Source: Verrucomicrobiota bacterium
GTDB taxonomy: Bacteria > Verrucomicrobiota > Verrucomicrobiia > Opitutales > Seribacteraceae
Assembly: GCA_027622665.1 (NCBI GenBank)
Contig: JAQBYT010000048.1
Coordinates: 1-28,021, forward strand
Length of the DNA: 28,021 nucleotides
Direction of reading: 5' to 3'
Shown here: positions 1-8,500 of the stretch, one piece after another
How the letters are laid out: every line of letters begins with the position of its first letter
Position numbering within the stretch: position 1 is the first letter of the stretch
Notes under the pieces: generated by a model
What the model saw: only the letters and a program-made list of their open reading frames with translations
The model's database searches: none
What the model was told of the DNA's origin: nothing
Translations under genes and position numbers: made by a program

Positions 1-1687
1 TGCCGTTGGACAGCTTGCCCGCAGAATCGATGGCGAGTCCCTCGTCGTTCTTTTCGCGCCACTGGCCGATGGCGTCGAAATTCTCCAGACCGAAACCAAT
101 TGGATCAAGCACCTTGTGGCAGTTGCGACAGGTGGCTTCCGATTGGTGCAGCTCGGTTCGTTGGCGCAACGTCAGCCCTTCCACCTCCTTGTGATCTTGC
201 TCCTCCAGTTCAGGAATGTCGGGAGGCGGCGGCGGCACGCGATAGCCCAGGAGCTGCTCGAGCACCCAGACCCCGCGCCGCACGGGGCTGGTCCGATTGG
301 GGAAGGAGGTGGCCGCCAGTACGGCCGGCATGCCGAGGATGCCTCCCCGGTTGGGGTTCTCCAGCTTGACCCGGCGCATCTTCGGGCCGCGGACGGATTG
401 CTCCAGCCCGTATACCTTGGCGAGCGGTTCGTTGAGGAAAGTGTAGTCGCTGTCCACGAACCGGGCCACGATTTGGTTCTCCCGCACGATGCTTTCAAAG
501 AACAGGCGGGCTTCCTCCATCATCGCGGCGCGGAGGGCAGGCGTCATTTGGGGAAAGGTTTTCGGATCGAACACCTGCCCGTCCAACTCGTTCACGCGCA
601 ACCATTGCGCCCCGAACCCATCGAACAAGGCACGCGACCGGGCGTCTTTCAACAGGCGCTTCACTTGGGTCTTGAGGACATCGGGTTTGTGGAGTTTGCC
701 CTGGTCGGCCAAGGCGGCCAGCTGTGCGTCAGGCGGGGCCGACCACAGGAGGTAGGACAGGCGGGAGGCCAACTGGTGGTCATCCAAAAGGACGATTTTC
801 TCCTTCGAATCAGGTTCCCCGGCTGGGGTGATGAAGAGAAACTGCGGGGAGACGAGGACGGCCTTGAGCATCAGGCCCAAGGCCGCGGAATGATTAAGTT
901 CATTGTCCCGGGCGAGGTCGTAGACGTCGACGAGGACGTCCAATTCCGCATCGGAGGGTGGACGCCGGTAGGCATCTCGGGCTAGGGGACGGGCAACCCT
1001 GCGGGCCTCCTTGCGGAGATCGGAACCTTTGGTGGGCGGCTCCCCGAAGAGACGCTCCTGGACGGCAGTAGGCACTTGGCCTTCCGGCGCCATGACCTGC
1101 CCGAGCACCTGGTTGGCGATGCCGAGGAACAGTTCGTACTGTAGGGGGGAAATCGAGTTAAGGAAGCCCTCACCGACTACTTCCTCGGGAAGACTGTCGG
1201 CAATGGACCTGTCCACTCCGTACAGGTCGTGCAGGGTGTTGGCGAACTCCGGCTTGGTGAGTCGGCGAATGACGAAAGGCCCGGGATCTCGAGGCGCCAG
1301 GTACTTGATCTTGCCGACCGACTCGATGAATTCGTGCCGCTCCTCCTCGGACGGAATTTTCGATGCATCCTCCGGCGGCATGTCGTGAACCTTGACGTTC
1401 GCCGCGGCCTTCTTCCAGTGCAGTGCTGCAGACTCGCCGTTGGGATTCTTGAGCGCCGACTGAAGATTGATCCCCGCCTTGGCCCGACTTCCGTGGCATT
1501 TGGTGCAGTACTTATTGACGAAGGGCTCGACCGTTTCCTTGAAGACCTTCCGGGCATCGGACCGCAGAGCGGCCTCGTTGGTCAAGTCATCACCGGTCTC
1601 CGCCCGACAAGGTGCGACCAAGAACAAGACCAAAGCCAGTCCAACCACCATGTCCCTATGGAAGGTTCGATTGATTTGTTCGGTCAT
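1..1687 (-). CDS. DUF1592/PSCyt-type planctomycete cytochrome c domain protein (PSCyt1-PSD3-PSD5-PSD4-PSCyt3), 3'-partial at window edge
   Basis: Absent from the ORF track because it runs off the left edge. Manual translation from ATG at 1687 (GGAGA upstream) is open for 562 codons. It shows a signal-like N-terminus, CTKCH, '[18 protein letters not shown]', 'AYRRPP', 'LVSPQFLF', '[15 protein letters not shown]', '[11 protein letters not shown]' and '[25 protein letters not shown]'. Confidence 0.9.
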   Translation of the reverse strand, partial: MTEQINRTFHRDMVVGLALVLFLVAPCRAETGDDLTNEAALRSDARKVFKETVEPFVNKYCTKCHGSRAKAGINLQSALKNPNGESAALHWKKAAANVKVHDMPPEDASKIPSEEERHEFIESVGKIKYLAPRDPGPFVIRRLTKPEFANTLHDLYGVDRSIADSLPEEVVGEGFLNSISPLQYELFLGIANQVLGQVMAPEGQVPTAVQERLFGEPPTKGSDLRKEARRVARPLARDAYRRPPSDAELDVLVDVYDLARDNELNHSAALGLMLKAVLVSPQFLFITPAGEPDSKEKIVLLDDHQLASRLSYLLWSAPPDAQLAALADQGKLHKPDVLKTQVKRLLKDARSRALFDGFGAQWLRVNELDGQVFDPKTFPQMTPALRAAMMEEARLFFESIVRENQIVARFVDSDYTFLNEPLAKVYGLEQSVRGPKMRRVKLENPNRGGILGMPAVLAATSFPNRTSPVRRGVWVLEQLLGYRVPPPPPDIPELEEQDHKEVEGLTLRQRTELHQSEATCRNCHKVLDPIGFGLENFDAIGQWREKNDEGLAIDSAGKLSNG

Positions 1688-1753
1688 GGTTGAGTCTCCA
1701 ATGTAATGGCTTGATAAGATGAATAGTGGAAAGAAATCTCCCCACGATCAACT

Positions 1754-3052
1754 TCATCTTTTTCCACCAAGTGAGAAAATCGTTGTCTGAGTACGCTGAT
1801 ACATGACTCCATGAGCAATAGCGGGGATGGCGAAGCACTTTTCGCCAAGCGGATTCTTGGCCAATAGCTTGAATGTTTTGTCTGCGGCTATAACCACCAC
1901 GTCGCCCTCCTTACTTGTGCAGTACAAACGACCGTCAATCCACACGGGAGAGCAGTAATAATTACCCCCCACTCGCTCGCGCCAGTGCCGTTTGCCGGTC
2001 GCCGCATCCAGGCAGCTGACAATGCCACTGTCGGTCCAGAGAAAAAGAAGGTCATCCTTGATCAGGCAACTAGGCACAAGTGGTGGCGATTGAGAAACGT
2101 TATAGGCCACCATCGGCTCTTTCACACCACCCTTTCGCGGGGCCCGTACCGCCACCAACCGCTGCGCCGCCAAGCCAGCACCGTAACTGCCGAAGACCAG
2201 ATCCTGATAGAGTTGCGGTGAGCCCACTACGCGACTGTTCAGAATGCCCTTAATCTCCCAGTTAACCTTGCCTGTAGCCAAATCCACACCGGTCATGCCA
2301 TGGGCCGTGCCTGAAAAGACCACTTCCGGCCCGGCGCCACCGGTTTGCCTGACGCAGGGGGTGCTGTACCCAGCCAGCACCGTACGGCGATCGATTTTCC
2401 AGCGGGTTTTCCCTGTCATGCGATCGACGGCGATCAAAAAACTTTTCTCGGGAACCATGGACGTGTTTTTTGGCAGAAACCGCTTCATTACCTTCGGATC
2501 CATCTGGTCATTGGCCAATATGACCATACCGTCGGCAATAATCGGAGAACTGGCTGAACCGTGAATTCCCACGTATGGCCCCAAATCTCGGCGCCACAGT
2601 TCCTTGCCCTCAAGATCCAGTGCCAGCATAAGCAGTTTCTTAGGCATCGACCAGACCACCACCACCCCTTCAGCATCCACGGTAGGCGTCGCCGAAGCGA
2701 AGTCGTTGTCCCGATGCATACGGTAACTGGTGTAGGGGGAATCTCGGCGCCAATGGATCTTTCCATCGGTTGCATTCACGCACACGATCGAACGAATGGA
2801 TTTCTTCCGGTCATTGCAGGTAACAAATAATGTCTCCTTCCAAACCACCGGCGAACTACTGCCGTCACCTGGTAGTTCTATAGTCCAGTTGTATTCCTTG
2901 GCAGTCCATTTGATGGGAATTGCCTTGGCCCCGCTAATGCCCGAACCATTGGGACCACGGAAACGTGTCCATTCATTTTCATCATCATCGGCATGCACCG
3001 CAAACAACGGAGCAAATAACAGGGAAAACAGAGCAGTGCTGAATCTCATCAT
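1754..3052 (-). CDS. PQQ-binding-like (BamB-type) beta-propeller repeat protein, secreted
   Basis: Likely start MMRFSTAL at 3052 (ATGA overlap with the upstream stop), followed by a signal peptide. Motifs 'WTRFRGPNGSG', 'SSPVV', repeated 'A.D..TGK..W' blades and C-terminal 'LAKNPLGE'. Confidence 0.85.
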   Translation of the reverse strand: MMRFSTALFSLLFAPLFAVHADDDENEWTRFRGPNGSGISGAKAIPIKWTAKEYNWTIELPGDGSSSPVVWKETLFVTCNDRKKSIRSIVCVNATDGKIHWRRDSPYTSYRMHRDNDFASATPTVDAEGVVVVWSMPKKLLMLALDLEGKELWRRDLGPYVGIHGSASSPIIADGMVILANDQMDPKVMKRFLPKNTSMVPEKSFLIAVDRMTGKTRWKIDRRTVLAGYSTPCVRQTGGAGPEVVFSGTAHGMTGVDLATGKVNWEIKGILNSRVVGSPQLYQDLVFGSYGAGLAAQRLVAVRAPRKGGVKEPMVAYNVSQSPPLVPSCLIKDDLLFLWTDSGIVSCLDAATGKRHWRERVGGNYYCSPVWIDGRLYCTSKEGDVVVIAADKTFKLLAKNPLGEKCFAIPAIAHGVMYQRTQTTIFSLGGKR

Positions 3053-4416
3053 TGGCCGCCGGCTTTGCCTTTTCGCTTGGCAAAGGCCCAGCCGTGTCCC
3101 TCGGGTATGCGGTCGTCGGTTTTCTTGATCTGCGGGATCTGGCCGAGCGGGGCGAGGGTCTTGGCCCAGACCGCGTGCTTGGCCGAGAGCCGCTTTACGA
3201 CATCGGGATGCTTGGCCGCAACGTTCTTTTCTTCCTTCGGGTCGGCCTTGAGGTCGAACAATTGCCACGGGTCCTTGTCGTACTTCTTGTAGAGGCGCCA
3301 GTCCTGCCATCGGACGGCGATCAGGTGCCGGTGGACGGCGTCACCCAGCTCGTTGTTGAGCCAGAAGAGGTACTCGTGCGGCTCGCCCTTCTTCTTGCCG
3401 TTGAGGTAGGGAATCAAGTTCACTCCGTCGCAATGCTCGGGGATGGACAGGCCGGCCACCGAGGCGATGGTGGAATAGAAGTCGAAGTTAGCGATTTGGT
3501 GGTGGTAGTCCTTCCCCTCGGGGATTTTGCCGGGCATGGAGAAGATGGTCGGCACGCGTACCCAACCCTCCTGTTGCGTTCCGCTTCCCTTTCCTCCCCG
3601 GTAAGGAGCGGAGGATCCTTCTTCGCCACCGTTGGCCCCATTGTCACTGGAGAAAATAACGAGGGTGTTCTTGCGCAGACCCTGTTTGTCGAGAACCTCG
3701 AGCAGTTTACCCACTTGGTCGTCGACCGAGACGATGGCCCCGGCCAATTTGCTTCGCTTGCCCTTGGCGGTGGTGCGTTCGGTCAGACTGGGCGGAGCTT
3801 CGTCATTCTTGGAATGGACGGCATCGGGTGACCAGTAAAGAAAGAAGGGTTCTGATTTGTGGCGCTCGATGAACTTGACGACGTTGTCACCGTCGTAGTC
3901 GGTCAGCCACTGGGTCTTGCCGTCCTTATTTGTGCAGAAGTATTTTGAGCCCTTTTTCTTTGGCGGTTTTTGAGCGACCTCGGCGAACCCTACTTGGAGT
4001 GGACCCTGCACCTTGGAGCCGATGTCCCACTTCCCGATCTGCCCGGTGACGTAGCCATTCTCACCCATGTGCTTGGCCAAGGTCGGTCGGTTCTCGGGGA
4101 TGGGCAACCCGCGGGACATGCCGTACTTGCCGAAGCGTTGGCCGTACTGCCCCATGATCAAACTGCAGCGGCTCGGGCAACACGGCGGGTTTACAATGTA
4201 GGAGGCAGTGAAGCGGACACCTTCCTTGGCCAATCGATCAACGTGAGGGGTGGGGATGTCCTTGCAGTCATAACACCCGAGGTCGCCGTAGCCCAGATCA
4301 TCGATGTAAATGAGCACAACGTTCGGCTTTCCAGTCGCTGTCAGTTCGCGAGATTTTGAAAAGCAAAGCAGGGTAGCAAACAGGATCCACCCAAACATAT
4401 AGAGTCGAATTTTCAT
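3049..4416 (-). CDS. Formylglycine-dependent sulfatase (family S1), intact
   Basis: Signal peptide, 'PNVVLIYIDDLGYGD', CxPxR as 'CCPSRCSLIMG', 'SSDNG', 'LFDLKADPKE'. Carries GKWD in place of GKWH. Confidence 0.92.
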   Translation of the reverse strand: MKIRLYMFGWILFATLLCFSKSRELTATGKPNVVLIYIDDLGYGDLGCYDCKDIPTPHVDRLAKEGVRFTASYIVNPPCCPSRCSLIMGQYGQRFGKYGMSRGLPIPENRPTLAKHMGENGYVTGQIGKWDIGSKVQGPLQVGFAEVAQKPPKKKGSKYFCTNKDGKTQWLTDYDGDNVVKFIERHKSEPFFLYWSPDAVHSKNDEAPPSLTERTTAKGKRSKLAGAIVSVDDQVGKLLEVLDKQGLRKNTLVIFSSDNGANGGEEGSSAPYRGGKGSGTQQEGWVRVPTIFSMPGKIPEGKDYHHQIANFDFYSTIASVAGLSIPEHCDGVNLIPYLNGKKKGEPHEYLFWLNNELGDAVHRHLIAVRWQDWRLYKKYDKDPWQLFDLKADPKEEKNVAAKHPDVVKRLSAKHAVWAKTLAPLGQIPQIKKTDDRIPEGHGWAFAKRKGKAGGQ

Positions 4417-4440
4417 GATTTGAATTTTGGATTAAGTGTA

Positions 4441-4812
4441 TCAAGTGCGATACCCGCGGTCGCGCAGCAGACTGGCAATGGTTTTGCGACCCTCGGTTAT
4501 GATGGGGCCGCGGTTGTCGAAAAAAGAGTCCTTGCGGGCCGTAAAGCGCCCGGTCAGGAGGGCATGGCGGGAGGGTTTGCAGGTGGAACCACCGGAATGA
4601 GCGTCGGTGAAGGTCAAGCCATCGGCAGCCAACTTGTCGAGGTGCGGGGTGGGGATTTTGCTTTTCGGGTTGTAGACCTTGAGGTCACCATAGACCATGT
4701 CGTCGGCCAGGATGAACACGACGTTCGGTTTCTTGGAATCGCCGTGGCATACGGCCACTGCCGTCATCCAAACCAAGGATACGAGGGCGGCGGTGCTTGT
4801 CATAGTTTTCAT
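4441..4812 (-). pseudogene. 3'-truncated S1 sulfatase (N-terminal 123 aa only)
   Basis: Signal peptide, 'PNVVFILADDMVYGD' and 'CKPSRHALLTGR'. It stops at 'GYRT*' just before the expected GKWH motif, and the next gene starts 24 nt later. Confidence 0.85.
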
Positions 4813-4877
4813 GGGTAATCGTAGGGTCATTGGTTCAGGTCGAAATTGGCTGCTATCCTGTGGCCTTGGTGATGCAG

Positions 4878-5729
4878 TTACTTCTTCTTTACCTTGATTA
4901 CGTCGCCGCCCTTGGGCTTCCCTTTGCCATGGCATACCATGTCGAGGAATTGGTTGTAGGCCTCGTGGGTTTCCTTGTCCCGGGATTGCGGACTGAAGAG
5001 GATGCGCTTGGCCGGAACGTGTCCCATGAAGTCGACGTAGACCATTTTGCTCCAGACCTTGTTTTTCTTGAGGGCGGCCTGAATGTAGTGACCCTGCCTG
5101 GCAGGGGTGGCGGGGTGCTCCCTTTTTCCTCCGTACATAACAAAGCCCGGAGGGTCGTCGGGGCCAACCTGCTTAATGAGATTGGGGGGCAGAAAGGGGC
5201 TGTCCCCAAACCAGCCCACGATGTTGAGTTTCTCTGGCCTGTGCTTGGCGCTGGCGGGCCACTTCCAATTCTTCTGGTAGGCGATCCATGCGCTGATGTA
5301 GCCGCCGGCCGAGGAACCGCTGGAAACGATTCTGGTGGGATCGCCCCCGTACTTTTGGGCATTTGCCTGGATATGGGCGACGGCCATGGCGGTGTCGAGG
5401 GCGCAATCGTCCTTGGTCACCGGAGTTCCCTGCTTGATTAGCCGATAGTTTGGTGAGACCACGATACAACCCTTGGCCATGTAGAGCTTTCGCATGTCCG
5501 GGTTGCAGTATCCCTTGTCTCCAAACTTGAATCCGCCGCCATGAATCGTGAACACGATGGGGGCGTTCTTGTAGTCGGTGTTCCAGTAGATGTCCAAGAC
5601 GTTGCGCTGATGGGGACCATAGGAGACGTCCTTGTCCATCTTGAGCTCGGCAAACAGGTTCGTCGAAAGGATCAACAGGACGCTTATGATAACGACGGGG
5701 ACCCTTGCTTGGTGTTTGTTGTCTCTCAT
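4878..5729 (-). CDS. Secreted alpha/beta hydrolase (HSL/carboxylesterase-like)
   Basis: 'HGGGF' oxyanion motif, 'SPNYRL', nucleophile elbow 'GSSAGG', C-terminal 'GHVP'. Start MRDNK (5729) precedes the signal peptide; alternative start at 5768. Confidence 0.85.
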   Translation of the reverse strand: MRDNKHQARVPVVIISVLLILSTNLFAELKMDKDVSYGPHQRNVLDIYWNTDYKNAPIVFTIHGGGFKFGDKGYCNPDMRKLYMAKGCIVVSPNYRLIKQGTPVTKDDCALDTAMAVAHIQANAQKYGGDPTRIVSSGSSAGGYISAWIAYQKNWKWPASAKHRPEKLNIVGWFGDSPFLPPNLIKQVGPDDPPGFVMYGGKREHPATPARQGHYIQAALKKNKVWSKMVYVDFMGHVPAKRILFSPQSRDKETHEAYNQFLDMVCHGKGKPKGGDVIKVKKK

Positions 5730-5774
5730 AGTTATTGGTGGAGGTGTGTTTTGAAGAGAAAGTTCCATGTTTGA

Positions 5775-7082
5775 CTAGGGGGACAGGATGTTCTCGATCT
5801 CCTGATTCGCCCGCTTGAAATCGGGCATGCCTTCCTTCATCGAGTAGTGCAGGCGTTTGGTCACGGTGGTCCCGTTGGCATGGACGCTAATCAAGCGGAT
5901 CTGATGGTTGCCGTCTCGTAGGTCACCCACGCGAATCCGGAATTCGTTGTTGGGATTGATAACGGAAGTCCAAGTGGTGGCATCGTAATCGTTATTCACC
6001 ATGTAACCGCGCTGTCCCTTGTTCTCCCCGTCGTTGTAGGCAATCATGGCGATGGCGGGGATGTCCGATTGGACGGTCCCGCGGATATGCATTTTTTCGT
6101 CACTGTGGGAGATGGTGAGCTTCTTGTATTTTAAATTGGGTGATTCTTTGGAGTGCTTCGTGGTCTGACTAAAGAGCGGATGAACTAGTAAGCGAAGCGC
6201 ATGGGCGTGGGTGAGAAAGGATCCTTTGCCCTCGTCACGCCATTCCTTGCGATAAGTGTAGTTACCTGCTCCCATGAGGGCGGTCCCGCGAATTGCCTCT
6301 TTTTTAGTAGATAAGTTATGGGGTAGGGACAAGCCGTGACCGAGTTCGTGGATGGTTCCACCAATATAAGTTGTGTTGAAACGGGCGAGGGTGAAGGGTT
6401 CGTACCCTCGGTGTTCCTTGACTTGAAGGGTAGTCTTCGATGGGTCGGGTTTGAGACCGTCGATGGAGAGCCAGTCCATGTCGGCGGTGAAGCAGATTCC
6501 ACAATTGTGGTTTGCTCCCATGCCGTAGTAAGGGGAATAGATGGTTACCTTCTTCTCTTCGGTGCGGGAAAGCCCGCAGACGATGAGAATGGTTTCCTCT
6601 TGCGGGTTGATTCCCTTCGCTTGCAGGGCGTCGAAGACTTCTCCCCTGATCTTGCTTCCCGAGTTGTAGGAATAGGAACCGTCGTCGTCCTTCGCTCCGC
6701 AGACTTCGTGGAGCTTGAGCTTGCCGTTTTTACGTTCCAACCCGAGCGTAACTTCGCCGTAACCCAGGTGCTTCATCTCGGTGCGGTAAAAGTCCTGGAT
6801 ATCGCTCATGATTCCATCCCAGCGCTTGGCGTGATCCTTAAGCGGTTGACGGTCCTTGGGGTGGAAATAGACCACCCGCAGTTTCTTCCCTCCGTCTTTT
6901 CCGTCTTGGCTCTGCCAAGATTTGATGGCCTCAAGGATATGTTCGGATTGCCCACGCTGGGTATCCACGTTCGACCAGTCGAAAGCGTTCGGACTCTTTG
7001 AGCCTGTGGACGAAACGCTTGACTCGCTTAGGCAGAGCGTAGGTGCGAGAAAGAGAAGAGATAAAACCAAAGGGAGAGTCAT
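5775..7082 (-). CDS. Secreted putative zinc metallopeptidase (metzincin-type motif)
   Basis: 435 aa with signal peptide, HExxHxxxxxH as 'HELGHGLSLPH', and a downstream Met-turn-like 'ALMGAG'. Confidence 0.7.
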   Translation of the reverse strand: MTLPLVLSLLFLAPTLCLSESSVSSTGSKSPNAFDWSNVDTQRGQSEHILEAIKSWQSQDGKDGGKKLRVVYFHPKDRQPLKDHAKRWDGIMSDIQDFYRTEMKHLGYGEVTLGLERKNGKLKLHEVCGAKDDDGSYSYNSGSKIRGEVFDALQAKGINPQEETILIVCGLSRTEEKKVTIYSPYYGMGANHNCGICFTADMDWLSIDGLKPDPSKTTLQVKEHRGYEPFTLARFNTTYIGGTIHELGHGLSLPHNLSTKKEAIRGTALMGAGNYTYRKEWRDEGKGSFLTHAHALRLLVHPLFSQTTKHSKESPNLKYKKLTISHSDEKMHIRGTVQSDIPAIAMIAYNDGENKGQRGYMVNNDYDATTWTSVINPNNEFRIRVGDLRDGNHQIRLISVHANGTTVTKRLHYSMKEGMPDFKRANQEIENILSP

Positions 7083-7134
7083 GATTTTTTGAATATAATG
7101 TCCTTAATACGGTTAAGCCGAGCCAAGTCTTAGT

Positions 7135-8484
7135 CTAATGTTTTGTTTTAGGAGGCAAGATCTTGCCCCATCCATCCTTGATCATATTTCCGAAACGATT
7201 GAGGGTGTTCTTGTGCTCCGGCGAGGAGGCTAGATTTACGTTCTCATCAGGATCCGCACTCAAATCGAAAAGCATTTTCTGTCCGTCTTTGAATTCGGCG
7301 TAATTGAATTGTTCGGTGACGATGCTTCTGGCTGGGCCGTATTTTGAGAAAGCCGCGCTTTTCCATTTCAAACGGGGGGTTTCAAGCAGGGGCTTGAAGC
7401 TAGTTCCCTCCAGTCCGTTGTTTGCGGACTTCAGATCGGCCAGGTCCATGAGGGTGGGGTAGATGTCGACGAATTCGACTAGGCGGTCGCATGCTTGTCC
7501 GGACTTGAACCCGGGCGCGGCGACGATCAATGGCGAGCGGGTCGACAGGTGCATGACGTTGTGCTTGCCCCAAAGGACGATGATGGTGTTTTCCCGGAGA
7601 TCCAAGTCTTCCAAGCTTTTCATTACTTTACCGATCTGTGTATCGACATAGCTTACGCAGGCGTAATAACCGTGCAGGCATGCCCGGTGCCATTCCTCGC
7701 TATTGTATTTCATTCCCCGGTTGTGGTAGTTATGAATCTCGCCCGAGCCCCTGAGGGAGGAAGGAGCGTCCTTTGGGCGGTCACGATTGTCCGCAAGCTC
7801 GAGGGAGGCTCGGTCGTAAAGATCCCAGTATTTTTTTGGGGCATAGAAGGGCAGGTGTGGCTTGATGAACCCACAGGCGAGAAAGAAGGGCTTGTCCTTC
7901 TTTTTCATCCGCTTGAGGTCGTCAATGGTTTTGTCCGCGATTTGGCCATCCGGATATGCGCTGTCGGCTACCTCGGGGAATTCTAAAACCGGACCGCGCT
8001 TCTTCCGCCCGCCAATCATGGATTTTGACTTTGGGTCGAGAAAAGAGGCTCCGCCCATACTGGGTTTCCATGGGTCCTCGCTCCAGCTCCGTTTTCCGGT
8101 GTCGTTCTTGTGGTGAAAGATCTTTCCGTTGGAAATGCAATGGTATCCGTTCTTCCTTAATTCCTCTGGCAGAGTCATGGCGTCGGGAGCGTCTTTTTCG
8201 GCAAAGGTGTCGTACTTTAGAAAACGCTTCCAAGTGGGCCGAAGCCCTGTCATCAAGCTTGCCCGCGAAGCTCCGCATACTGCAACTTGGCAATAAGCCC
8301 GGTTAAAGACCATTCCTTGGTCGGCCAACTTGTCGATGTGTGGGGAACGAATCTCCTTGCCGCCAAAGCAACCGAGTTCGGGCCGAAGGTCGTCGATGGC
8401 GATGAAGAGAATGTTCGGCTTGGCGTAGACCGGGGATAATCCTAGCAAGCAGGAAGCGATAAATGGAAAAATCCCTTTTCTCAT
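7135..8484 (-). CDS. Iduronate-2-sulfatase-like S1 sulfatase with internal in-frame deletion of the DHG motif (probably inactive)
   Basis: Start MRKGIF at 8484. Motifs 'FIAIDDLRP', 'CGASRASLMTG', 'GKIFH', 'KPHLPF'. It reads 'IIVLWGKHN' where 'DHG.HLGE' is expected. Confidence 0.85.
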   Translation of the reverse strand: MRKGIFPFIASCLLGLSPVYAKPNILFIAIDDLRPELGCFGGKEIRSPHIDKLADQGMVFNRAYCQVAVCGASRASLMTGLRPTWKRFLKYDTFAEKDAPDAMTLPEELRKNGYHCISNGKIFHHKNDTGKRSWSEDPWKPSMGGASFLDPKSKSMIGGRKKRGPVLEFPEVADSAYPDGQIADKTIDDLKRMKKKDKPFFLACGFIKPHLPFYAPKKYWDLYDRASLELADNRDRPKDAPSSLRGSGEIHNYHNRGMKYNSEEWHRACLHGYYACVSYVDTQIGKVMKSLEDLDLRENTIIVLWGKHNVMHLSTRSPLIVAAPGFKSGQACDRLVEFVDIYPTLMDLADLKSANNGLEGTSFKPLLETPRLKWKSAAFSKYGPARSIVTEQFNYAEFKDGQKMLFDLSADPDENVNLASSPEHKNTLNRFGNMIKDGWGKILPPKTKH

Positions 8485-8500
8485 GAGCTCGGTTTTCCAG

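Noticed and set aside
116..1693. Plus-strand ORFs 116..985 and 1229..1693, and similar long antisense ORFs (3052..3831, 6336..7001, 9293..10042, 19173..19865, 20105..21370)
   Set aside because: Shadows of recognisable genes on the opposite strand in GC-rich DNA; no motifs.
3053..3310. ORF-track N-terminal extensions (also 4813..4935, 8485..8634, 10067..10144, 18942..19154, 23798..23890, 25382..25501)
   Set aside because: They overlap neighbouring genes or precede an obvious signal-peptide start.
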